A stretch of 64,000 bases of DNA from Marsupella aquatica (lineage: Eukaryota > Plantae > Marchantiophyta). The stretch is from positions 9,801,660 to 9,865,659 of the forward strand of contig OZ316893.1 of the NCBI GenBank assembly GCA_973895155.1, given 5' to 3'. This document shows positions 1 to 10,967 of this stretch, piece by piece (the first letter of the stretch is position 1; each line of letters begins with the position of its first letter). The position numbers were made by a program, and so were the translations under genes. The notes below the pieces were generated by a model. It was given only the letters and a program-made list of their open reading frames with translations. It had not been told where the DNA came from and ran no database searches.

Positions 1-6
1 GATATC

Positions 7-52
7 ATTTGTGCCCATGCTTGGAGCCTCGGCTCGGCGTGGGGTATTTCAC
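7..52 (+). repeat. Left subterminal repeat of the hAT element, inverted relative to the copies at 13218-13543
   Basis: ATTTGTGCCCATGCTTGGAGCCTCGGCTCGGCGTGGGGTATTTCAC vs revcomp of 13218-13263 ATTTGTGCTCATGCTTGGAGTTTAGACTCGGCATGGGATATTTCAC; the core matches the ~13510 copy at 24/26. Confidence 0.85.
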
Positions 53-292
53 AAGAGTTATCTTTCCCCTTTGCAGTTGTTACATTCACAATAATAATAA
101 TGAATGAAAAAAAACAAATATATCTCGTGACTATCCCGTGACCCTCCCGTGACAAGGTGTACCACGCATGATTTTCCAGGAGTTCCTATTGCAGCTTGGT
201 TGTACACACTGCATCAGTACCTCGCCTCCCAGCCAATACGCATCGTAAGTTTCTACTCCTTTTGATACTCTTTGTTCTGGTGTCGCGGGAAC

Positions 293-1939
293 ATGGCCAA
301 CCCGGATGTAGGTGTAGAATATAGGCAGTTGATGGAGGTGATGAGTACCATGCTGAGCGATGGATTGGAACCAGATGCGAATGCCCTGAATGCCTTGAGG
401 AATGCGCACAAAATCTTAGGGTTTAGTAGAAAAGCCAAAATAGCAGGGAAGCGAAAACAAAGAGGAGGGGCTGCTCAAACAACCATCGACAAAATGTGTT
501 ATTGGCCATTTGGAAGGATATAGTATATCCCTACACCCAACCGGAACAGTATGAGCATGATAGGTTTGAAAGGAAGTATACCTTACATGGAGAACAGGGA
601 TACAAAAACTTTCAAAATGACATGGTGCGTTGCATGCGCCAAACCGTAGAGAAGGAAGAGCACATGACACGAGAACAGATTCAGCAATTTCAACGCGAGG
701 CTGAGAAGCCTCAAGGATTTGTTGAGCAATTGGCACTGAACTTGGTTGTGAACCTGTGGGACAAGTTGGTAGCCAATTTGGGGGGGCTGAGTCCATATTC
801 CTTGGAAATCCTGCCCTCCATAGACACAAAAGAGAATTGTGTCTAAAATGGAGCAATGAGTTAGGAATGGCCAGAACATAAAGTAATGTCAAATATGCAA
901 ATAAGGTCATGCAATTTGGGGAGCTTGGTGTTGAAGGGCACCAAAGAGGTACAAGACCATCACGTGTTGTTCCAGCAGTAAGGAGTATTCACTTTTTGAG
1001 GATGGAACAAGTGAAGAATTTATATCGCATTGGGAGTGGCAGCCAAGGGCAGGTGTTCTTGTGCCATATCTTGGATTGCCCACTCATTCCTCGAAATGTG
1101 AAGCTAGTGGCAAAAAGATTCAAAGATGGAGATCGGCACAAGAGGATAAAAGATGCGTTACAAGAAGTGCTAATGGGGGGTTTGAATCATAAGAGAGTTA
1201 TTGGGGCCTTGGCAATGACCATCGAATTTCCACCCAAACTTATCTATGATTTTTACAATGGAGGTGACTTGGGAAGCTTCATGGATAAGTGTGGAAAATG
1301 GGGTAAAAGCAAGGGGAAGTCACAAGGGAATGTGCAGGTTGATGTGAGATTCATATCCGAGAAGAAAATATTTTTGGAGCATCGCTTGGGGATTGCTTTG
1401 GCTTTGTTGGAGACCTTACAGTTTCTCCACAAGCACGATCGACTACATTGTGATCTTCATTTTGGAAATGTCTTACTTCACTTTGATCACGAGGATGATG
1501 TTGCTATCAGAGTGTATGTAGAAATTTATGATTTTGGGTTATCCAAGCACAAAACACAATGTACATTACCAGAGAATCGAATGTGGTCCACCCAAGTGAG
1601 AAAGTTATTGCCTATCAAAGACAATACCCTCAATTGGCACCAGAGCTTGTTGGACCTGACCCAGCAGAGTATAGTGAAGCAACTGATATCTATGCTCTAG
1701 GCAATTTGTTCGAGACTTTACTCACAGAAAACTGGGATGGAATGGGGCCAAGCACACGATTTTTGATGGCAGGTTGGAATACTAGAGTGTATGGTCCAAA
1801 ATTAGAGAATATCATTCGTGACATGATGGCCACTGATCCTACCAAAAGAATGGATTGTGCCCATTGGAGTTTGAGGATGGTTCGCACATTTCAAGAGTGT
1901 AGATTGTTGACCCAAAATAGTGTTTATTTGAGAGATTAA
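293..1939 (+). pseudogene. Disrupted intron-less protein kinase (TKL-like, non-RD) with an N-terminal extension
   Basis: Kinase motifs IGSGSQGQV, LVAKRF, LQEV, HCDLHFGN and YDFG lie in ORF 909-1700; LAPEL, DIYALG and DPTKRM lie in ORF 1559-1939, implying a frameshift near 1575. ORFs 272-523 and 496-846 probably join by frameshifts plus one TAA (N-terminal join is inference). Confidence 0.8.
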
Positions 1940-2100
1940 ATTAGTTTTCACCATTATCTTCTCTCAATTACCACATGAACAATCACATGTTCATCATGTG
2001 GTATAAATTGAAATTTTTATATCATCTCATAAAACTTTTTATTTTTGGTGAATGTTGCAATGAATGCTAAATATTTGTTTTTATTGTAAATCTTGCAAGG

Positions 2101-3969
2101 ATGGGAAAATGGAACTTGAGTTCAGATGAGGATGATGAGGCCAATCGTGTATATGATCCTAAAATGCAAGATGGTCAAGGGTCTTACTTGGACCACGAAA
2201 ATTACAGTTTTCACGACGTCCACAAACTTCCAGCAACTCAGACGAAGGAGGAGTCCAAACCCAATGTGCAATGGAATATCCTCACACCCGATGTGAAACC
2301 TCCTCACACGGAATGGCCAATCAACGCCAAAGAATTGGAAATATTGATGCCTAGGGAGGCTTTTCAAAAATTTGCCAAAATGATTTTTCGCGATGAGGAA
2401 ATGTGGGGCACAAAGTCTTGGTTGCAAGATAAGTTTACTATGTCGAAGGTGACACATGAAGAGGTGAAGCAGCACTGGGCACAACGTTACAGGGAATTTG
2501 CTCCAAGAAAAGCGCAAGGGAAAACGAGTTCAGTATATACTCCTTTTATCCGACTATTGATTGCTGAATTCATCCTGAGGTGGAAAGTGGATTACTGATG
2601 GGAGACGGACGAAGGCAAGTTTGTGCATAATGTTCACTCGAAAGTCTTTTCCACCACAAGTGACAGGAATAAAATGCCTGTGACTACCAACAAAGGCTCC
2701 AAGCAAAAAATAGATGAAGTGCACAAGGTGCATACAAATGAGAGCCAAAAAATGACTGCAATCCCACAGTTCTTTACAAAATCTGAAAGCAGTGCCGCTT
2801 GTATCAAAGAAGGAAAAAGCACTACGACAACAACAAACGTTTCTATTGGTCCAAGTAGCACCTTACCAACAAACAACACGGGTGTTTTGGATGCCAACAA
2901 GGGAACTCCTTGCATGCAAAGTGTCTGCAAGGGGTTGGGATGTGAGATTGGTGATTTTATTGAGAAAATTCTTCGCGTCAATTACCGTCTCGAACTTTGT
3001 GACGCTGGTAGCATTGACTACTATGCGTCAAAACTAAAAGAGAGTGATTTGAAGATGAAATCACTAGAGAAGATGTCTATTTCATCGGGTACCAATTGTG
3101 AGGTCCAAGACATGTACCGATACAAGGCCCAATTGTTTGACAAGATGGAAGAAATTGAGAGGCTTCGAAGTCAAGTTGCCGAAAATGAAAGGCAATCCAA
3201 TGAACAAGCGCAACTTCAAGAAAATAGAGTCATAAAGAATCTGAAGGATGAAGTTGCATCACAAAAGCTCATCATCACAAATCTCCAAGAAGAGATAGAC
3301 CAAATGAACAATTCTGATATGGACAATGAATCGAGCAAAGGAAAATCAAAATTGAACAATGTCAATTTTATGAATTTTCAGATGATTGATCCTACATTAG
3401 AATCTAACCTTTTTCCTGATGTGGAGGTCGATTCGGTAGCAGTCGAGGAGTATTTTGATAAATGGAAGAAAGATGAAAGTATGGCTGAATTTGTTCGACA
3501 AAAGGGTGCAAGGTGTCCTTGGTGTTTATATCCATGGGGCCCAGAATCAGTTTCCATTCTGGGAACTTGCGGACATTTATGGCATCATGCTTGCTTATTC
3601 AGGTGGATGAAGAAGAGTCGAAAATGTTGGTGTAGGAAACCATTTCATGAACGGGAGTATGAGCAACGAGGATTGTTGAATCAAATCCCACCAATGGAGA
3701 CACAACAAGACGATGAAGAGATGACTCAAGACGGTGTGGCGATGACGGAAATAGATTCCACACCCATTGAAAACTTTACAATCAATGAGTACAATCTGTC
3801 AGATGGTGACTTTGACAAGTTGTTATTCAGTGGTCGTTTCAATGAATGGAAAGAGTATGCTCAGTCCAATCAACCAACTACCAACGAGCAAAACATGCAA
3901 CGATCTATTCGTCGTCATCGGCGACGTCAGCAACAAGCAGAAGTGAAAGCGGAAATGACCATGCATTGA
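2101..3969 (+). pseudogene. Coiled-coil + RING-H2-like protein (putative E3 ligase) with one in-frame TGA at 2596-2598
   Basis: ORFs 2101-2598 and 2623-3969 share a frame. Heptad-rich segment KAQLFDKMEEIERLRSQV...LQEEIDQM; RING CPWC-x14-CGHLWHHAC-x10-CWC. Confidence 0.75.
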
Positions 3970-4423
3970 GAGAGGAAGATACCAAAATATTTGTTATTTG
4001 CATATTCATACATTTTTGATCATGTAGTGTACGCTTACCTAGTTGTACTATACACATTTTCTATAGTATCGGCCGCATAGGATAGTTTCTAGATATTAGA
4101 TCATATTATTCATATATAGTACCGGCTGCACCACAGAGATTTTCATGGGCATGTCCTTCAAAGTTGAAAACATTTTTACTTCATTTTTACACTCGGTGAA
4201 TCTTTTGCGTGGAGATATGAATTCAGTGATTGCTGCTATAATATGGTGATTATTTCAAAAAAATACGTTCAAATATAGAACACTCTAAAAATTGTAATCG
4301 ACGATACAATCGCAAGCAAGAGTAAAACCAAGCACCAAAGCCATTGAAAGTGGGAAAAAAATATGTATTATACTTCAAAAATTACAATTGACATATATCA
4401 TCTTGTAGTAATCACAAAACATA

Positions 4424-5171
4424 TCAAGGCTGTGAGGAGTAATCCCTCGTCATATTGTTCTGATTTCGTTGCATGAGTCCATCAAATTCATGATGTCGAT
4501 TGGCCCATGGAAATGGGTAACGATTATGCGAATCGTCATTGTCATGAGATTGTTGAACGACACGAGCAGGCGTGTATGATGGGTATGGGTTCGTGACATT
4601 GACTGCTGGAGTAACTGTTTGTCCCCACTGTGCATCATTATGTAGTGTTCGGCGTTGTAGTTGATCATGTTGTGCATAAAAGGCAGAAGTAGTTCCCTCC
4701 AAATGATGCTCTGGTATGTCACTTCCTTGTTGAAATGCATATGAAGTACTTGCTAGGTGATCACGATGGACATTCAATCCTGGAAAAGTGAAACATGGGT
4801 TTGGTTGGGAATGCATATCAAAGCCTGTATGCAATGAGTACTCCTCATCATCTTGGACTTGAGACTTGTCAATCGTAGGAAACATCAAGTAATCAGTATC
4901 ATCCTCCCATTCACCCGCATTACTATCCTCAGTATCCGGTGGAATACGAGTCAATACCTCACTATCACATTGCAATGACAATCCTTGCAACGCCTCATCG
5001 GTGTCATCAATTGTATCAAAATCATCGACATCTTCCTCCCCCTGACCCCCACTTCTTGCATCATGCTCCTCGTTCTGGAAGGCTTCAGTGGGGGATGATC
5101 TAGGTGCATCATTTCTTGCTCTTCTTTCATCATAACGTTTGTAGAGGAACATTTGGGGGTTTCGGACCTTT
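4424..5171 (-). pseudogene. 3' part of the hAT transposase (acidic/low-complexity C-terminal tail), cut off by the copia insertion
   Basis: Removing the copia and one GTAAG copy joins ...TRVEKGL-T-KVRNPQMFLYKRYDE... in frame into ORF 4424-5152. Confidence 0.85.
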
Positions 5172-5176
5172 GTAAG

Positions 5177-5323
5177 TGTTATAACCCATAATATGACTTA
5201 ACCCTAGTATAGGATAGGTTAACATTAACCCAACCATGTTAACCCTTCTGGACTATATAAGTCCTTGGCATAATGGAAGTGAGTGGGGATTATTGACTAC
5301 TATCATCTTGTGTATTCATAACA
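5177..5323 (+). repeat. 5' LTR of copia element 1
   Basis: 147 bp, identical to 10821-10967; TATATAA at 5254-5260. Confidence 0.97.
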
Positions 5324-5338
5324 CGTTATCAGCGCGAC
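5324..5338 (+). promoter_or_regulatory. Primer-binding site (half-tRNA-Ile type)
   Basis: CGTTATCAGCGCGAC directly abuts the LTR and is complementary to the anticodon arm of plant cytosolic tRNA-Ile(AAU) (GUCGUGCUAAUAACG, recalled sequence). Confidence 0.8.
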
Positions 5339-5867
5339 TTGCTCAATTACATTTTTTTTATGTGCTCCCTCCCCAAAATCTGACAACTCAATAGATCGAG
5401 GTCCACACAAAGAAAACAACACAATGTTGTGTGTTTTTTGCTCTAATGGCGAGAATAACCGCCTAACTACCTCCCGAGAAAAGAGAAAACAAGCTTATGA
5501 TCGAAGAACAAAGAACTGGCCATAGAGCGTCGAGCCTAATCACGAGCGAAGATTCTCAACCTTGAACGAAGGAGACAACGCGACGAGACGCAAAAAACAA
5601 AATAAAAGACATTGGCGAAAACTGAAAACTTTGAGGACCGCACACAAGGACATACGAACGAACCCCATCGGGGACAATTTGGATGCGATTCAAGGGGCAG
5701 ATGAGTCCCGTGCCTTGAGCGAAAGGATCGCTATCGTTTCTCTTTCTTTTGGTTAACTTGATCCATCACAACAGCCGATCGATCGGGCGGGACAAGGCGA
5801 AAGTCATAGGCATTTGATACAAAGGAACACCATATATTTATAAGGCCCAAAATCAGGCGAAATAGGC

Positions 5868-8800
5868 ATGGCAACATTGGAGAAGTTACATTTCCCAGCC
5901 CTACTAGTAGACGGCAGCAACTACTTGACATGGGCCGTAGATGCGGAAACATACTTCGCATCGTTGGAGCTTGAAGATACATTAATCACAGACCAAAATC
6001 TGACTCTACAACAGAAGGCCAAGGCCGTGTTCCTTTTGCGCCAGCACTTGGTTCCCTCACTAAAATCCCAATACATGAACGAAGTCAATCCACGACTCCT
6101 ATGGGACAAGTTAAAGGCCCGATTCGACCATATGCGCGAAATATGGCTTCCTGAGGCTCGCCGCGATTGGTACAACCTACGAGTGATGGATCATACTTCC
6201 ATTGCTAACTACAACAGCGCTCTATTTAAAATTACCTCTCAACTAGAACTCTGCGGCCATCCAGTCCCAGACGCAGATAAGATCGACAAGACACTGAGTA
6301 CATTCCCCGAATCAAACATTGCACTCGGTACACAGTACCGAAATATGCAATTCACCACATATTCAGATCTTATCGCACATTTACTTGTAGAAGAGAAGCA
6401 ACAGGTGGTCGCCATGCAAAACGCCCGAAAAAGACCTGCGGGAACAGAACCACCACCACACAAACCAGAGATAAATTACTATCAGCGAGATAACATGGGA
6501 CGAGGCCGACCAAGAGGCAGAGGCGGATACCAAGGCAGAGGTAGAAACCAATCCTACAGAGGTCGAGGATATCGACAATCATACAACACAAGAGGCAGGG
6601 GAGTAGGCGGCAGAGGCAGGATGAGTGATAATGCATCGGACAACACCAAAGATGACAGGATGTGCTACCGATGCGGAAAAATAGGACACCTGAAGAAAAA
6701 TTGTTGGGCATCGGACCAAACAGCCAGGAAACATACAGAATCAAGAGCTAGACTCAAACAAAACCCAGCAGGGAACTACATGGAGCTAGAAGAAGCAATA
6801 GCCACCTACAAAGACCCCGAACAACCTCATGAAGTGGAGACCCACATAGTAACTCCAGCAAGAGGACCCTACACACTACAAGACCCCAATCTGGGCATAA
6901 TTGACAGCGGTACGTCTCATACAATACTAAAGGACAAGAAATATTTCCACTCAATTACCCCATCAGCCCGGCATATGACCACCATTTCAGGCACAAACCA
7001 GATTGAGGAGGGTAAAGGCACAGCCACGGTAATATTCCCAGGAGGCACTGCACTCGCCATCGAAGCAGCGATATTCGCCCCGCGAGCTACAAGGAACCTC
7101 ATCAGCTTCCGAGACATAGTCGCAAATAAATATCAACTGCGCACAGTGAAAACAGACGAGGAAGATACCCTCCAAATCGTGGAGGTTACCGAACAAGGTA
7201 TACATATTAAAGAAACCTTACCCCTTATACCACCAGGCCTCTACGCAACTCAAATTCAAGCTCACTATGTCACTACAGACTTACCTGATATCACATACTT
7301 ATGGCACTGTCGACTGGGACACCCCGGAGTAAATATGTACCGCAGAATTATTCATGACTCCCGTGGAATCCCCCAAGGAGTCAACCCATCAACAAAACAA
7401 AGGCAATGCCTGGCGTGCTCTCAGGGGAAGCTGATTACACGCCCACAAATACAGAAGACAATCTATGCCATCCCGAACTTCCTGGAACACCTGAACGCAG
7501 ATGTATGCGGCCCGATCCACCCACCAAGTGGACCGTTTAAGTATTTCCTGGCCATCATCGACTCTTCGACCAAATGGCTGCAAGTATCTCTACTCTCTAC
7601 ACGCAACTTGGTCTTCGCTAGGATACTGGCCAACATTCTAAAGCTTAAAGCACAATTCCCAGAACATCCAATTCGGAAACTGAGAGTGGATGGTGCAGGG
7701 GAATTCACCTCAAAAGCATTCGATGAGTTTTGCTGGGCAGCGGGCATTGACACTGAATACTCAGTCCCATATGTCCATTTCCAAAACGGAATGGCAGAAT
7801 CCGTTATCAAGCGTATACAGATGATAACCAGACCCCTGTTAATGAATTCAAAGTTACCCCTATCCACATGGGGACACGCAGTCCTCCATGCTGCCACACT
7901 GCTTCAATACAGACCATCGGCGTTCAACACAAAGACTCCACACCACTTAGCGTTCGGACTACCTCCAGACCTGTCACACCTGCGGGTATTTGGATGCAAA
8001 GTCATGGTCCCAATACTGGGACCCAAGCGTACAAAAATCGGACCTCAAAGACAAGAAGGAATCTACATCGGAAATGACTCATCCTCGATCATTCGCTACC
8101 TGGAACCGACAACAGCCGATGTGTTTAAGGCCAGACATACAGATTGTCATTTTTACGAAGACACTTTTCCCACCCTAAGCATAGACAAACAAATGACAGG
8201 GGACTTGCACCCACACCAGATCAACTGGAACAGCAGAAACTTACTCAACCAGGACCCGAGGACGAAACAAACGGATGCAGAAGTTAGACGATTACTCCAC
8301 CTCCACGAGATGCTGGATAAGATCCCAGATGCATTTAATGATGCAGCAAATGTTACAAAATCCCACAACGAGGCAACCAATGTACCAGCCAGAGTACAAA
8401 TGAATACTCCTCCAGCAACAGTAGCTGCCCCTAAGGCGAAAAGAGGTAGGCCACCAGGATCACATGATACCCGACCCCGCCAAAGACGCCCCCATCAGGT
8501 AATTCCTGAAACTACTTTTCACTTCATTAATAATGAATCCGAGACACCAGACATATCGGGTAATGAGGAGATGTCAATTCAGTATAAGCATACAGGACAA
8601 ATTTACACGAGACAAAACACTACTGTCGACGAACAATTTGCTTACCATATAGCTCAAGAAATAACCAATGATACTTCGGACCCTTTAACAATCAAAGAAG
8701 CACAAACAAGGTCAGATTGGCCACACTAGAAAGAGGCCATTGACACAGAAATGGATGCACTAATCCGTCGACAAGTCTTCGGACCAGTCAAACAAGTTGA

Positions 8801-10481
8801 TCCTAACAATGACTATACAGACAGCCGATTTACGTTCATTAAAAAGCGAAATGCAAAAGGTGATGTTATCAGATACAGAGCGCGGTTAGTAGCAAAAGGA
8901 TACACCCAGATCCCAGGCAGGGACTATGATCTAACATATTCACCAGTAATGGACGTGACGACATTCAGGTATTTAATTGCTTTCTCTCGCAAACACCAGT
9001 TATGCAATATCCTTATGGACGTAGTAACGGCATACCTATATGGAGTCTTAGACTCCGAAATTCATATGAAAGCACCAAAGGAATTACTCGAAAGAGTGGC
9101 AGAACACATTCAGGGGAAGCAATACCCGAACCTGAGCAAGGATATGAAGTCGGGAATTGACCAGATTATCCCTAATGATGATTGTAAAGGCCTTGTGTTG
9201 AGCAGTGGCAACACACAGAAAGCACCACTCCAGTACCCCGGAAAACGAAGGACTGGACAGCAGGCATTTGCTGTGCAAGTATTGAAATCCATAAACGGCC
9301 TGAAACAAAGCGGCCGTATATGGTACCAGAAATTTAAAACCGAAATACAAGCACTCGGATTTATTACAGAAGACATAGCGCCCTGTATATTCATCAAAAG
9401 AGTAGACACAGAGTTCGTCGTGTTAGCGCTATATGTCGATGACATTAATCTCTTCGGTACACAACGACTATTACGACAAACAATCAACACAATGAAGGGC
9501 ATTTTTGAGATGAAAGAACTGGGAGAACCGACTTACTGCCTCGGCCTTCAGTTCGATCACCTACAGACAGGCACATTCATTAGCCAGTCTACCTATACAA
9601 ACAAAATCCTCCAACAATTCAATATGCAAAAGGCATACCCGGTATCAACACCAATGGAGCTGAGATCCTTAGACACTGCGAAGGACATGTTCAGGCAAAG
9701 ACAGGACAACGAACCAATACTAGATTCAGATAAGCCATACTTATCGGCTATCGGAGCCCTCCTTTACCTGGCCAACAACACCCGACCGGATATATCCTTT
9801 GCAGTGAGCCTCCTCGCACGACATAGCGCGCACCCGACAATACGCCACTGGAACGGCATAAAACGAGTATTCCGATACCTCCAAGGAACAATTGACATGG
9901 GACTATTCTTCCCCAACGAAAGCGAGGATGAACTTACAGGATACGCGGACGCTGGATACCTCTCAGACCCCCAAGATTCAAAATCGCAGACAGGATACGT
10001 CTTCTTGCAGGGTAAAACCGCCATATCTTGGAGAAGCACGAAGCAGAGCCTAACCACAACGTCATCGAATCACGCCGAAGTAATTGCCCTCTATGAGGCA
10101 TGCCGCGAAGCGATTTGGCTCCGTAGTATAATCACACATATACTCAAACAGACAGGAAAAACCTTACTCACAAATCCAACCACCATCTACGAGGACAATA
10201 GGGCATGCGTCGACCAGATAGTTACAGGCTACATGAAGACCGATCGAACCAAGCACATAGACCCGAAATTTTTCTTTACGCACGAACACAGCGGAAAGCA
10301 AATACAAGTAAAGTGGATAAGCTCACAAGACAATTGCGCCGACCTCTTCACCAAGCCGCTACCAGCGACTACACATCGAAAGCACGTCAGCGCCATTGGA
10401 ATGCATCGTCTCTCCTCCCTAACCTCCTCGACTAACGACAACTCCCGACACGAACACACAGCCAACGCAAAATCGAAGTAG
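5868..10481 (+). pseudogene. Copia gag-pol polyprotein with a single in-frame TAG (8727-8729)
   Basis: Zn knuckle CYRCGKIGHLKKNC, protease IIDSGTSH, LWHCRLGHPG, integrase D/D/E (NADVCG, RVDGAGEF, NGMAES), RT LYVDD, RNase H GYADAGY and IYEDN. The two ORFs are in frame across WPH*KEAI. Confidence 0.92.
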
Positions 10482-10811
10482 AACCTCGACAAACTACTAA
10501 ATCGTAGTATCTAACGAACAGTTTACAGAGAGACACATGTTCCCCCGTCATGAATACAATACTACCCAGACTAGAGTAACAAATAAACGCTTACTTACTC
10601 TTAGCCCACTGGCTTAGACAGTAATAGGCTACTTTTAGACTTAGAGCATACACATTAGAGACTTTCTGAATTAGGGACCACAAATTGTAATGATGGTAGT
10701 ACTCTTCCTTGAGAGGAAAGCAGCAAGGTTTGATGAGGCTACATCATAAGTGACTCCCACTTTTAAACTAGGGTTAAATGTGTGGTTCCTTGACACCCCG
10801 TCCAAGTAACC

Positions 10812-10820
10812 AAGGGGAAG
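10812..10820 (+). promoter_or_regulatory. 3' polypurine tract
   Basis: AAGGGGAAG immediately before the 3' LTR. Confidence 0.9.
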
Positions 10821-10967
10821 TGTTATAACCCATAATATGACTTAACCCTAGTATAGGATAGGTTAACATTAACCCAACCATGTTAACCCTTCTGGACTAT
10901 ATAAGTCCTTGGCATAATGGAAGTGAGTGGGGATTATTGACTACTATCATCTTGTGTATTCATAACA
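10821..10967 (+). repeat. 3' LTR of copia element 1
   Basis: Identical to the 5' LTR and followed by TSD GTAAG. Confidence 0.97.

Larger units (their letters stand above)
5177..10967 (+). mobile_element. Full-length Ty1/copia LTR retrotransposon, Bianca-like lineage
   Basis: Identical 147-bp LTRs (TGTTA...TAACA), 5-bp TSD GTAAG (5172-5176 and 10968-10972), PBS CGTTATCAGC, PPT, domain order gag-PR-INT-RT-RH; gag N-terminus LLVDGSNYLTWAVDAE resembles Bianca. Confidence 0.97.

Noticed and set aside
5562-5756. Basic small ORF in the 5' leader of copia 1
   Set aside because: Non-ATG start, short, and no counterpart in element 2.
8727-8750. Programmed stop-codon readthrough between INT and RT
   Set aside because: The stop replaces a conserved Trp, lacks a CARYYA context, and element 2 has TGG at this codon.
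5921-10492. Antisense ORFs within copia 1 (and likewise copia 2)
   Set aside because: Shadow ORFs of gag-pol codon bias; no independent motifs.
10725-10760. Hammerhead ribozyme (TGATGAG resembles CUGAUGA)
   Set aside because: No C before TGATGA, no correctly placed GAAA/cleavage triplet, and element 2 has TAATGAG.
10934-10967. C-terminus VMNTQDDSSQ of the 565-aa transposase ORF
   Set aside because: It is read-through into the antisense LTR; the real continuation is at 5171.
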